Below are positions 38,962 to 49,533 of a stretch of DNA of 59,341 bases, one piece after another. The notes beneath the pieces were generated by a model. That model saw only the letters and a program-made list of their open reading frames with translations. It had not been told where the DNA came from and did not search any database. The position numbers and the translations under genes are program-made. Position 1 is the first letter of the stretch; the number at the start of each line of letters is the position of its first letter. The stretch is from Deltaproteobacteria bacterium (GTDB lineage: Bacteria; Myxococcota_A; Polyangia; Polyangiales; Houyiibacteriaceae), in the NCBI GenBank assembly GCA_034670305.1, contig JAXMNT010000046.1, positions 1 through 59,341 of the forward strand, read 5' to 3'.

Positions 38962-39911
38962 CCTCTGCCAAGACCGTCCTGGTCAGCGGCGCGACCGGAC
39001 ACCTCGGACGCTGGGCCTGCCACCGACTCGCGTCGAATGGCTGGTCGGTGATCGCGGCATCCCGGAGCGGCGCCGTGCCCGAGGCTCCGTTCGGCCAAAC
39101 CGCAGTTTCGATGGGGGCCCTGAAGGTCGACCTGTGTTCGGACGCGGCGGTCGATGTCCTGAAGCGCGTGCTCACGCCCGAGATGCGCCTGGTGCACTTG
39201 GCCGCTTGGCATCCGCCGGCGACCGCTTCGACCGGACCGGGCGAGCGGCGCGCGCTCATCGAGACCAACGTGCTCGGCACCATGCGGCTGCTCGACGCCG
39301 CGAAGGCCGCGGGCACCCCGCACGTGGTCTACGCGTCCACCTTCGAAGTCTACGGGGAGCCGCAGCAAACACCCATCGCCGAGACCCACCGCACCTATCC
39401 GCTCACCGACTACGGGGCGACCAAACTCAGCGGCGAACACCACCTCGCGGCGTTCGCGTACGAAGAGAAGCGGACCGGTGTCTCGCTGCGCATGCCGGCG
39501 GTCTACGGCCCGGGCGAAGTCACGAAGCGCGCGCTCCCGAACTTCCTCTCGCAGTGCGCGGCGGGGGTGCGGCCGACGGTGTTCGGCGACGGACTCGATC
39601 AGCGCGACCAGCTTCACGTGCGCGATGCGGCGAGGGCGATCGAATGCGCGCTCGGCGTCGACTTCGCGGCCCAGTTCGCGATTGGCTGCAACGTCTCGGA
39701 CGGCGCCGCACACACCATCGAGGCCCTCGCCCGAGAAGCGATGCGGGCGGCCGCGCTCGAGGGCGAACCCGAGCGCAAGGAACGGCAGAAGCCGCGGCGC
39801 GACTACCACATGTCGATCGCGCGGGCGCAGACGCTGCTCGGGTTCGAGCCGTCGGTGTCGCTCGCAGAGGGCATGGCGGAGCAGCTCGCGTGGCTGACGG
39901 CGAAGAAGTAG
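38958..39911 (+). CDS. NAD-dependent epimerase/dehydratase
   Basis: GTGA overlap; SGATGHLG, HLAA, YGATK, VYGPG, RDQLHVRD. Confidence 0.9.
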   Translation: MTSAKTVLVSGATGHLGRWACHRLASNGWSVIAASRSGAVPEAPFGQTAVSMGALKVDLCSDAAVDVLKRVLTPEMRLVHLAAWHPPATASTGPGERRALIETNVLGTMRLLDAAKAAGTPHVVYASTFEVYGEPQQTPIAETHRTYPLTDYGATKLSGEHHLAAFAYEEKRTGVSLRMPAVYGPGEVTKRALPNFLSQCAAGVRPTVFGDGLDQRDQLHVRDAARAIECALGVDFAAQFAIGCNVSDGAAHTIEALAREAMRAAALEGEPERKERQKPRRDYHMSIARAQTLLGFEPSVSLAEGMAEQLAWLTAKK

Positions 39912-40840
39912 CGGCGCCTTCGGGCACCGCGCCGCCGCTCTGGCGCCGCGCGTTGCCGTGGGTGATCGCCATCGGCTTGCTGGTGGTCGTCTTCCTGCGG
40001 GTGGACGTCGGCGAAGTGCTCACGCGCATGGGCGACGTGCCGCTGCCGCTCTACTGCGGGTTCGTCGCGGTGAGCTTGTTGTCCAACCTGACGCTGGATT
40101 CGTTGGCCAGCTGGAAGGTCTACCTGGGCGTGGCGCCGAAGGTCACGTTCCGAGAGCTCTTCGTGGTGCGCGGCGCGAGCTACCTGCCCGCGACGATCAA
40201 CTTCCACGTCGGGCAGGCGTACCTGACCTACCTGCTCTCCCGCGGTCACCAGGTCGCACTCACCCGAGTGGCGGGCGCGACGCTGCTTTCGTACGGGACC
40301 TTCTTCGGCGGCGTCATCGCGGTGACCGCGGTCGCTTTGCCGCTCGCGTGGGTCGGGGCCGCCGGCGGCGCCACCGGGGTGCTCGAGTGGGCCCCGAGTT
40401 ACATCGGGCTCTTGGTGGTGGCGGGGCTTCTGTACCTCGTGGTGCTGCGGCTGAACCCAGCGTTTCTGCGGGACCGATCGCTGCTCGCGCCGCTCTTCGC
40501 GGCCGGTCCGCTCGGACACATGCGGCTGCTCGCGTGGCGGCTGCCGTACGTGGTTGTCTTGGTCGCGCAGCTCTGGGGCGCGTACGCATTCTTCGGGGTG
40601 AGCTTGCCGGCCGGCGCCGCGCTCGTCCTGATGCCGATGGTGCTGCTGGTGAGCGCGCTCCCGATCACGCCGCAGGGGCTCGGCGCGCGGGAACTCGTCG
40701 CGATCCAGCTGCTTGCACCGTGGAGCGATGGCGACGCGGCGATCGTCGCGGCGGGTACGGCGTGGAGTTTGGCGTCCATGGTGGCGCAGGCGATCAGCGG
40801 GTTGGCGTTTGCGCCGGCTGCGGCGAAGTACCTTCGCTGA
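39890..40840 (+). CDS. lysylphosphatidylglycerol synthase TM / UPF0104 flippase-like membrane protein
   Basis: multiple TM helices; LPITPQGLGARE motif; start codon inferred (GTG). Confidence 0.8.
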   Translation: MADGEEVAAPSGTAPPLWRRALPWVIAIGLLVVVFLRVDVGEVLTRMGDVPLPLYCGFVAVSLLSNLTLDSLASWKVYLGVAPKVTFRELFVVRGASYLPATINFHVGQAYLTYLLSRGHQVALTRVAGATLLSYGTFFGGVIAVTAVALPLAWVGAAGGATGVLEWAPSYIGLLVVAGLLYLVVLRLNPAFLRDRSLLAPLFAAGPLGHMRLLAWRLPYVVVLVAQLWGAYAFFGVSLPAGAALVLMPMVLLVSALPITPQGLGARELVAIQLLAPWSDGDAAIVAAGTAWSLASMVAQAISGLAFAPAAAKYLR

Positions 40841-40869
40841 CGCCGTCGCCCGTCGCCGCGAGCAGAGGG

Positions 40870-41066
40870 CTGTCTCTGCCGCTGTCGCTGTCTCTGCCGC
40901 TGCCGCTGTCTCTGCGGCTGTCGCTGTCTCTGCTGCTGCCGCTGTCTCTGCCGCTGTCTCTGCGCCTGTCTCTGCGGCTGTCTCTGCGGCTGTCTCTGCC
41001 GCTGTCTCTGCCGCTGTCCCTGCCGCTGTCCCTGCCGCTGTCCCCGCCGCTGTCCCTGACTCCGGC
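40870..41066 (+). repeat. imperfect hexamer/dodecamer array (CTGTCT-CTGCCG) between convergent genes
   Basis: read directly; runs up to the M20 peptidase stop codon. Confidence 0.92.
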
Positions 41067-42491
<1,425 letters not shown>

Positions 42492-42530
42492 GCGCGCCCT
42501 TATACACCGCCCAGAGGCCGCGGTCGCTCG

Positions 42531-42740
42531 TGTCGCGGTCGCGGTCGCGGTCGCTGGTTCTGCCGCTGGTTCTGCCGCTGGTTCTGCCGCTGCTTCTGCC
42601 GCTGGTTCTGCCGCTGCTTCTGCCGCTGGTTCTGCCGCTGCTTCTGCCGCTGCTTCTGCCGCTGATTCTGCCGCTGAATCTGCCGCTGATTCTGCCGCTG
42701 ATTCTGCCGCTGATTCTGCCGCTGATTCTGCAGCTGATTC
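42531..42740 (+). repeat. (GTCGCG)x3, then dodecamer array CTGCCG-CTG(G/C/A)TT
   Basis: read directly. Confidence 0.92.
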
Positions 42741-42751
42741 AACAGCCAAAG

Positions 42752-43837
42752 CTACGGAACCGAGTTCCAGTCCACGTCTCGGCAATCGAAGTCGTCCGGG
42801 TAGAGCGCCCGGTACTGCCGGCAGGAGTCCACGTACGTTATCCAGCCACCGACCGGCTCCTCGTCGCCGAGCTCCACCAAACAAGCGGTCGCGCCGCGGT
42901 AGATCTCGGTGTTGGAGAGTGCGAAGTCACCCGGCGTGCAGTGGTTGGTTGGGCTGAACGTACACTGCCCGATGCCCCGCCCCGCATTGACTCCGATACA
43001 TGGCACTTGGAAGAGATCCAGTTCGCCGGGCAGCACCACCGGACAGTCCCCACACGTCGGCCCACACAGCGGTGTCCGTGCGTTGTCCGAGGTCGGACAG
43101 GCCTCAACTGGCGGAGGCTCAGTCGCTACGCTGAGATCGTAGTAGAGACAATCGACCTGGAGGTCGAACAGGACCGCATCTTCGCACGCCTCGCGCGGCA
43201 CGCACTGACCGCTGATTCTTCCCGTCGCGCCGCCATCTGGATAGTCGTCGGTCATGCAAACGCGGTCACCGTGGTAGCAGGGACGCTGACTGATCGGCGC
43301 GTCGAGGTTGTAGTCGCACCCAGCCGACCGGTGGTCCCCTGCGGGCTGCGAGTCGAAGCAGAAGTCCAACTCGAACTCGCAGAAGTGCCCAGGACCACAA
43401 AGGGCCCCGCCGCACCGCTCGCTGCAGGCGTCGTAGGGTCCAAGGGTGGGACACGCGGCTGCATCGACGGTCGCATCGAGGTTCGCATCGATGGCGGAGT
43501 CGGCCGTTTCGGCGTCGGCCGTGCCCGCATCTGTGCCGGCGTCCACGCTTTGGCTTCGTCCGCATCCGAGCGTGCCAAGCAGCGCAATGACTGCCCAAGA
43601 AATGTGTCGGCGGCCAACACCACAGACTCCGTCCACGCAAGGCAGACCTCCACACTCATTGTCACAAGCGCCGCCGCCCGCTCCAGTGGTGAGGGCGGAG
43701 AGACCGGAGAAGATGGCGGGTGCTGGCACCGCACTCGGTGGCGTCCGGTTGCTCGTACTCCTTCGGGAAACAGTCAAGAGTTCCAGTGGATCGGGAACAC
43801 GTCCTGGGTATCGATCTGGCGCACAGAACCACTCCAT
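42752..43837 (-). CDS. Cys-rich putative lipoprotein (true start probably near 43620)
   Basis: internal signal/lipobox RRHISWAVIALLGTLGC, DA-rich linker, many Cys. Confidence 0.55.
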   Translation of the reverse strand: MEWFCAPDRYPGRVPDPLELLTVSRRSTSNRTPPSAVPAPAIFSGLSALTTGAGGGACDNECGGLPCVDGVCGVGRRHISWAVIALLGTLGCGRSQSVDAGTDAGTADAETADSAIDANLDATVDAAACPTLGPYDACSERCGGALCGPGHFCEFELDFCFDSQPAGDHRSAGCDYNLDAPISQRPCYHGDRVCMTDDYPDGGATGRISGQCVPREACEDAVLFDLQVDCLYYDLSVATEPPPVEACPTSDNARTPLCGPTCGDCPVVLPGELDLFQVPCIGVNAGRGIGQCTFSPTNHCTPGDFALSNTEIYRGATACLVELGDEEPVGGWITYVDSCRQYRALYPDDFDCRDVDWNSVP

Positions 43838-43953
43838 TCAAGCCCGCCGACCTGACATCGACTGACCGTATCTGAGTGGAGGTGGGCTGACCAGACCCGT
43901 TCCGTTGATTGCATCGTGCGAAGTTGGTCTGGGCGAACACATACGCCCTGCGT

Positions 43954-44193
43954 TCACCCGGGTGGAACTGGGGGGCAGCTGAACTGGAGGGGGCAGCTTT
44001 CGAGTTGCATGACTTCGCCGGGGCACTGGGCTTCGCGTTCGCGGCAGGCGGCGAGGTTGGCTTCGGTGATGCACGGGTCGCCCACGGTGAACTGGTCGCA
44101 GGAGTTGCCGCTCTGGTCGGGGGTCTCGGTGGTGGTTTCGCTGCCGCCGCAGGCGAAACCGAAGCAGAGGCAGAGCAGGGTGAGTGTCTTCAT
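43954..44193 (-). CDS. small Cys-rich lipoprotein
   Basis: MKTLTLLCLCFGFAC lipobox; ESCPLQFSC. Confidence 0.7.
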   Translation of the reverse strand: MKTLTLLCLCFGFACGGSETTTETPDQSGNSCDQFTVGDPCITEANLAACREREAQCPGEVMQLESCPLQFSCPPVPPG

Positions 44194-44230
44194 GCTGCTG
44201 CATACCAGAGTTGTTCGGCGGCCCTGCCCA

Positions 44231-44557
44231 TCAAAGATGTTCGCGCACGACGGCCAACCAGAAGTCGTCGCCGCGGAACTCCGACATCTGTCCGAGGCGC
44301 TTGCCGTTCTTCCAGAGATCAAAGCGCGGGATGCCCGCCACCGCGAACCGCGTCGCGACCTGCGGCTCGGCGTAGGCGTCGAACTTCACGAGCCGCACTG
44401 CTTCGCCGCTCAGCGCGTCGATCAAGCCGGGCAGCCGGGTCGCGAAGAAGTCGCAGTTGGGGCAGCCGGGCCCGCGGAAGTAGACCACCACGAGCTCGCC
44501 CCGCACGTTGCGTACGAGCGCGTCGAAGGTGGCGTCGGTGCCTTGATGAACCTCCAT
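44231..44557 (-). CDS. thioredoxin family protein
   Basis: CPNC motif, VAGIP cis-Pro loop. Confidence 0.85.
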   Translation of the reverse strand: MEVHQGTDATFDALVRNVRGELVVVYFRGPGCPNCDFFATRLPGLIDALSGEAVRLVKFDAYAEPQVATRFAVAGIPRFDLWKNGKRLGQMSEFRGDDFWLAVVREHL

Positions 44558-44570
44558 CGGGACCCGGCGA

Positions 44571-45788
44571 TCAGTGGGGCACGAAGCCGGCGTTGCGGAT
44601 GAGGGCGCGGACTTCGTCCGACGGAAGCGAACCGACGACGGTCGCTTTGCCCGCAGGCTCGAGCACCACCGTCGCCGACGCCACTCCGTCGGCCGACTCG
44701 AGCACCCCGGTGAGTTTTCGGACGCAGCCGTTGCAGGTCATGCCGTCGACCAGCACCTCGACCGCGTCTTCGGTGGCGGCGGCGCTTCGCATCGAACGCC
44801 ACTTGCTGCGCAAGTCGTCGGCGAGGAACCACGCCACCATGGCGCAGAGCACGGCCGCGCCCGCGAGCGCGACGAACCCGGCGCCGTGGGCATGCGGGTG
44901 CAGGTGGCCGATGGTGGCGCCCTCGAGCAACGACTCGAACGCGTAGCCGAGGCCCACGCTGCCGATCACGATGGTGCCGAGGTAGATCGCGAGGACGCGG
45001 CCTCCGAACTCGCTGCGGACGACCCCGAGGGTGGCGAGGTTGGTCGCCGGCCCGGCCATGAGGAAGACGAGCGCTGCGCCCGCTGGGAACCCACCTGCGA
45101 CGAGCGCAGCGGCGATCGGCACCGACGCGGTGGCGCAGACGTAGAGCGGCACCGAGACCCCGAGCATCGCGACCATCGCCAGGAGCCCGCCCGCCGCGCC
45201 GAGGCCTGCGAAGGCGTCTTGCGGCACGAAGACCGTCAACGCCGCGGAGGCGGCGACACCGAAGAGCAGCCACTTCCAGATGCTCCGGATCATCTCGACC
45301 GCGTGCGCCACGCCTTCTCGAATGGTCGGACGCGCGGCTTCGGTCTGGGCGGCTTCGGTCTCCTGCGCACTTGGCTGCAGCCGGTCGACCAACCCGCCGC
45401 CCACGAGCCCGAGCACGAACGCGGAGGCCACTTTGAAGATGGCGAAAGGCCACCCGAGCATCGAGCCGCTCACCAGGATGGAGTCGACGCCGGTCTGCGG
45501 TGTGGCGATCAAGAAGGCGACGGTGGCGCCATCGCTCGCGCCTTGTTTGCGCAAACTCAGCCCGGCGGGAATGACGCCGCAGGAGCAGAGCGGGAGCGGT
45601 ACGCCGAGCAGCACCGAACGCATCACCGCGAACCGGCCCGTGAGGTGGCGGCGCACGAACCCCGGCGGCACCACCACGTGCAGCACGCCCGCAACGAACG
45701 CACCGAGCAACAGCCAGGGCGCGAGCTCGAGGGTCACGGCCCACGCGGCTTCGGCGAGTGCACCCAGGGTGGCGGAGAGGTCGTTCAC
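44571..45788 (-). CDS. ArsP/DUF318-type permease with C-terminal heavy-metal-associated domain
   Basis: PLPLCSCGVIP, PQTGVDS, PLYVCATASVP, GPATN; GMTCNGC. Confidence 0.9.
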   Translation of the reverse strand: MNDLSATLGALAEAAWAVTLELAPWLLLGAFVAGVLHVVVPPGFVRRHLTGRFAVMRSVLLGVPLPLCSCGVIPAGLSLRKQGASDGATVAFLIATPQTGVDSILVSGSMLGWPFAIFKVASAFVLGLVGGGLVDRLQPSAQETEAAQTEAARPTIREGVAHAVEMIRSIWKWLLFGVAASAALTVFVPQDAFAGLGAAGGLLAMVAMLGVSVPLYVCATASVPIAAALVAGGFPAGAALVFLMAGPATNLATLGVVRSEFGGRVLAIYLGTIVIGSVGLGYAFESLLEGATIGHLHPHAHGAGFVALAGAAVLCAMVAWFLADDLRSKWRSMRSAAATEDAVEVLVDGMTCNGCVRKLTGVLESADGVASATVVLEPAGKATVVGSLPSDEVRALIRNAGFVPH

Positions 45789-45875
45789 GACGGCTTCAAT
45801 CTGGTGCTGCGGCCGGCCCCACGCAATGCCAGTCTCGTGACGCGCGCCGGTCCTTCGCGGGCACGTGCGGCCGGC

Positions 45876-47621
45876 TCAACGCTCGACCACGATGCGAATC
45901 GGCTGGGTGGCGTAGATGCACAGGCCACCCGCTCCGCTGGTTCCCGCATGAAACGAGAGCCGGTGCCGCGGGCCGGCGAGCAACCGCGTCACGATCTGGG
46001 GGTCGTCGACGACGAAACGTTCGAGTGCGCCACGCCCGTCGTCGCTGCGCGCCATCGCGGTGCCGATCGTTTCGCCATCCCAGCGCACCGTCACCTCGCT
46101 GCCGTCTGCGGGATCGTTGTCGCCGACGCCAGGCAGCTCGCTGGAGAGGACCGCTTCGACCACGATCCGCACCGCACCCGTCCACACTGCGCGCGGCGCT
46201 CTCCACGCGTACTCGAAGACGCCCGCGCCATGGCCCCACACGTGTTCGGGTGGGCCGAGCGCGTGGCCGGTGCGCTCGAACGACGCGCGACGAAACGCCG
46301 CGGGCGACATCGTGAGCGAACGCTGATTCGGGGCAGACTCGGAGACCGCCCAGCCAGCGTGGACCCGGGCGCCCCGCAAGGTGTGCCGTGCCGTCCACCG
46401 CCTCGGGGCCACTGCGCGGCGCACGGGCGCCTGCCTCGCTGCGCGTCGCAGCGCGCGTCGCACCCGGAGCTCCGCACCGGTCGCGTCGGCGGTGAGCAGG
46501 TGCGGGCGGGGAGAAGGTGCCGTGGGCCCGTACACCCACGCGAGCACCCCCGACGCGCCCAACGCCCGACTCGCCCGCAAGAACGCGCGCATCCACTGGT
46601 CTGGGTGGCGGACCGCGCGCTCGCCGTGGAGCGCGAATCCGACTTCCCCGAAGACGAAGGGTTTCGGAGCGCCGGCCGTTGCCGTCCGCCACGCGTGCAC
46701 TTGGTCGCTGACCCAGGCCCGCAGCACCGAGGGCGACGTGACCCGGGGATCGCCCGACGGGTACGCGTGCGCGTCGCAGTACCCGACCTCCGGCAACGCA
46801 CAGACGCGCGACCAGACCTGACGTCCGCGGCTGCCGCGGAAACCGATGTGGCCGGCCGAGATCAGGTGGTTCGGGTCGAGCGAACGGATCCGTGCGCTCA
46901 TCGATTGCACCCATTCGAGGAGTTGCTGTTCGCCGCGCTGGGTGAACGCGGAGATCTCGTTGACGAGCTCCCAGGCGAGGATGGTCGGGTCGTCCCGGTA
47001 CGCGACGCCGGTGCGCTGGTTGGTCCGCGTCACCACCCGCCGCACGTGCGCGCGGTACGCCTCGTTGCACCGGTCGCAGACGAAGAACGCGTCGAGTTCG
47101 TTCCCGGTCAGGTCGGGTGGCCGCGCGCCGGTGGAGGCGCCCTGGCCGCGCGTCCATCGCGTGTACTCGGGGAAGCCGCCGTAGTCCGCCCAGCGGTTCG
47201 CGAGCACGACCACGACGCGCAGGTCGCGTGCGCGGGCGGCCTCGAGCACGGCGTCGAGGTGTTCGAACGACGCTTCGACCCAGCCCGAGGGTCCGAGTCG
47301 AAAAGCGAACTCGCGTTTCCACTCGGGCGCGTCGGCGGGCGCTTCCCCGAGTGCCCAGATCCGGACGACCCGCAGGCCATCCTGCACCATCGCGTCCAGC
47401 GTGGAACCGAGCGCTGCGCGCGCGGCGGCTCCGTGCATCACGGCCGCGTTGCCGCCCACGAACGCGAAGGTCTCGCCTTCCACCACGAATCGGTCGCCCC
47501 CGGTCCGCACAAACGCCGCGTCCGAGGGGGTGTTCGGTGGATCCGCGCGCGTTGGTGTCGGTTGAGCCGATGCAGCGGACGCCATCACCCACCCACAGAC
47601 ACACAGACAGGCGACGCGCAC
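45876..47621 (-). CDS. GH5 family endo-beta-mannanase-like glycoside hydrolase
   Basis: RVVRIWA, N.W.DYGG, YRDDPTILAWELVNE (acid/base), HAY, GEVG (nucleophile); start inferred. Confidence 0.85.
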   Translation of the reverse strand: MRVACLCVCGWVMASAASAQPTPTRADPPNTPSDAAFVRTGGDRFVVEGETFAFVGGNAAVMHGAAARAALGSTLDAMVQDGLRVVRIWALGEAPADAPEWKREFAFRLGPSGWVEASFEHLDAVLEAARARDLRVVVVLANRWADYGGFPEYTRWTRGQGASTGARPPDLTGNELDAFFVCDRCNEAYRAHVRRVVTRTNQRTGVAYRDDPTILAWELVNEISAFTQRGEQQLLEWVQSMSARIRSLDPNHLISAGHIGFRGSRGRQVWSRVCALPEVGYCDAHAYPSGDPRVTSPSVLRAWVSDQVHAWRTATAGAPKPFVFGEVGFALHGERAVRHPDQWMRAFLRASRALGASGVLAWVYGPTAPSPRPHLLTADATGAELRVRRALRRAARQAPVRRAVAPRRWTARHTLRGARVHAGWAVSESAPNQRSLTMSPAAFRRASFERTGHALGPPEHVWGHGAGVFEYAWRAPRAVWTGAVRIVVEAVLSSELPGVGDNDPADGSEVTVRWDGETIGTAMARSDDGRGALERFVVDDPQIVTRLLAGPRHRLSFHAGTSGAGGLCIYATQPIRIVVER

Positions 47622-47697
47622 GTCACCAGCGTAGCAAGTCGACGCGGTGTCGCTCGACGGTTGAAGCACTTCGGCTGCGCTGTCAGACTCGCCGCCC

Positions 47698-47964
47698 ATG
47701 CCGCCCAGTCCCGTCAGCACCCTCTTCCATGCGCTCGTCATCGTGGGCGCATCCATGGGGTGCGCGAAACACCACGTGGTCGAAGGCGTGGATGCAGGCC
47801 GCGATGCGGGTCGAGACGGTGGCCGGGACGCAGCTCCGCCCGACACGGGTCCGCCCGATGCGGGTGTCGATGCAGACGCGGGCTGCGCGCCGGACTGTGA
47901 CCCGTGTGGCTTCGACGAGCGCATGGAATGTCTGGGCTGCGAGTTCGTCGGCTGCATTCTCTGA
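47698..47964 (+). CDS. small secreted/lipo-peptide with DAG linker and Cys-rich C-terminus
   Basis: LFHALVIVGASMGC; DAG repeats; C-terminal CAPDCDPC...CLGCEFVGCIL. Confidence 0.6.
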   Translation: MPPSPVSTLFHALVIVGASMGCAKHHVVEGVDAGRDAGRDGGRDAAPPDTGPPDAGVDADAGCAPDCDPCGFDERMECLGCEFVGCIL

Positions 47965-47971
47965 ACGGCGC

Positions 47972-48706
47972 ATGAACGTGATCCCGAGACGCCTCGACTC
48001 CATTCAACTCCCCGCCGACGACAGCCCCCAGGGCCTCGACGCGGATGCCCGCGCGGTCGTCGCGTCGGTGTGGGCGGAGCGCGCGTCCTCTGAGTTGCAA
48101 GCGTCGCTCGCGTTCAATGCGATCGCGTCGCGCCTGGTGGCGACGAATGCGCCTCCGGACGTGCAGTATCTCGCCGCGCGCGCGGTCTCCGACGAAGTGC
48201 GCCACGCGTCGCTGTGTCTCTCGCTGGCGCAGCGCTACGGCTCGACCGCTGGGTGGCCGCGCGCGATGCCGGCCGACGGAGACGATGCAACCGACCTGCT
48301 CGTGCTCGGCACCTGCTGCGTGAACGAGAGCCTCGGCACCGCGTTCCTCGACGCCACGTTGAAGCGCACCACGGCGCCGGCGGTTCTCTTCGTCGTGCAG
48401 TCGTTGCTCGCCGACGAAGTCGATCACGGCCGCATCGGCTGGGCGCATCTGGCGGGCATGACGGACGCGCAACGCGCGGCGATCGGGCGCACGTTGCCGG
48501 CGCTGCTCGAAGCGTGTCTGCGCCCTTGGCGCACCCGGCTGCGCGTGCTGCCCGTCGAAGGCGTGCCCGAACACGGCGTGCTGGAACCTCGGGACATTCG
48601 CAACGTGCTCAACGAAGCGCTGCTCACGTTGGTGTTGCCGGGGTTCGACCACGTCGGCGTCAACATCGAACAAGGCGCGGAGTGGCTGGGAGCCGGCATC
48701 ACGTGA
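47972..48706 (+). CDS. ferritin-like (di-iron) domain protein
   Basis: W..RA.SE, DEVRH, VNES, DEVDHGRIGW. Confidence 0.8.
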   Translation: MNVIPRRLDSIQLPADDSPQGLDADARAVVASVWAERASSELQASLAFNAIASRLVATNAPPDVQYLAARAVSDEVRHASLCLSLAQRYGSTAGWPRAMPADGDDATDLLVLGTCCVNESLGTAFLDATLKRTTAPAVLFVVQSLLADEVDHGRIGWAHLAGMTDAQRAAIGRTLPALLEACLRPWRTRLRVLPVEGVPEHGVLEPRDIRNVLNEALLTLVLPGFDHVGVNIEQGAEWLGAGIT

Positions 48707-49533
48707 ACCCGATCGAGGACCTGCTCGGCGACGCGGCGGCGGAGAAGATCGCGTCCTACTTCGACCCACGCGAGTTCGCGGAGCGGGAGTCGCTCGAGTC
48801 GTCGCACTACTGGCACCTCTACCGACGCGAGGTGCTTCGCACGTTGATCGAATCGGACGGCACACCAGCGCGGGCGATCGAGCTCGGCTGCGGTACGGGC
48901 AACGTGGCCACCCACCTCAACCGCAACGGCCACCATGTGGACTACGGCGACGTGCACACCGAAGGGCTCGAGGCGGCGCGGCGTCGGTTGTCCGCGGCGC
49001 TCGGTGCCGACGCCGACCGCCGGTTCGTGCGGCTCGACGTGACCGCGCAGTTCCCGAAGCCGGCGGACTACGACGCGGTCTACTTCTTTGACGTGCTCGA
49101 ACACCTGCCGGACGACGTGGCGACGCTCAAGAGCGTGCGCGCGAACATCCCGTCTGGCACCCGGCTGGTCTTCACGGTGCCGGCGTTCCAGGCCCTTTGG
49201 TCGCCGTGGGATGATCTTCAGCACCACAAGCGCCGCTACACGACGGCGTCGGCGAGAGCGCTCGCGACCGAGAGTGGCTTCGAAGTCGAGCGGGCGACCT
49301 ATTTCTTCTTTCCGCTCTTCTTCGCGGCGGGTGGGGTGAAGGTGCTCCGCCAGCTGCGGTCGCGCCTGTTCGGGGAGCCGCCGCCGGTGGAGTTCACCGA
49401 GCTGACCGAAGCCAAGAGCAACGCCGCGCTGAACGCGGCGATGCTCCGGCTCCTCTCGCTCGAGTCCCGCTGGCTGCGGTCGCGCGACCTGCCGTGCGGC
49501 ACAAGCGTCTACGTGACCGCGCGCGCCAGGTGA
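48703..49533 (+). CDS. class I SAM-dependent methyltransferase
   Basis: GTGA overlap; ELGCGTG, DVLEHL, VPAF..LWS.WD...HHKRRY. Confidence 0.88.
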   Translation: MNPIEDLLGDAAAEKIASYFDPREFAERESLESSHYWHLYRREVLRTLIESDGTPARAIELGCGTGNVATHLNRNGHHVDYGDVHTEGLEAARRRLSAALGADADRRFVRLDVTAQFPKPADYDAVYFFDVLEHLPDDVATLKSVRANIPSGTRLVFTVPAFQALWSPWDDLQHHKRRYTTASARALATESGFEVERATYFFFPLFFAAGGVKVLRQLRSRLFGEPPPVEFTELTEAKSNAALNAAMLRLLSLESRWLRSRDLPCGTSVYVTARAR

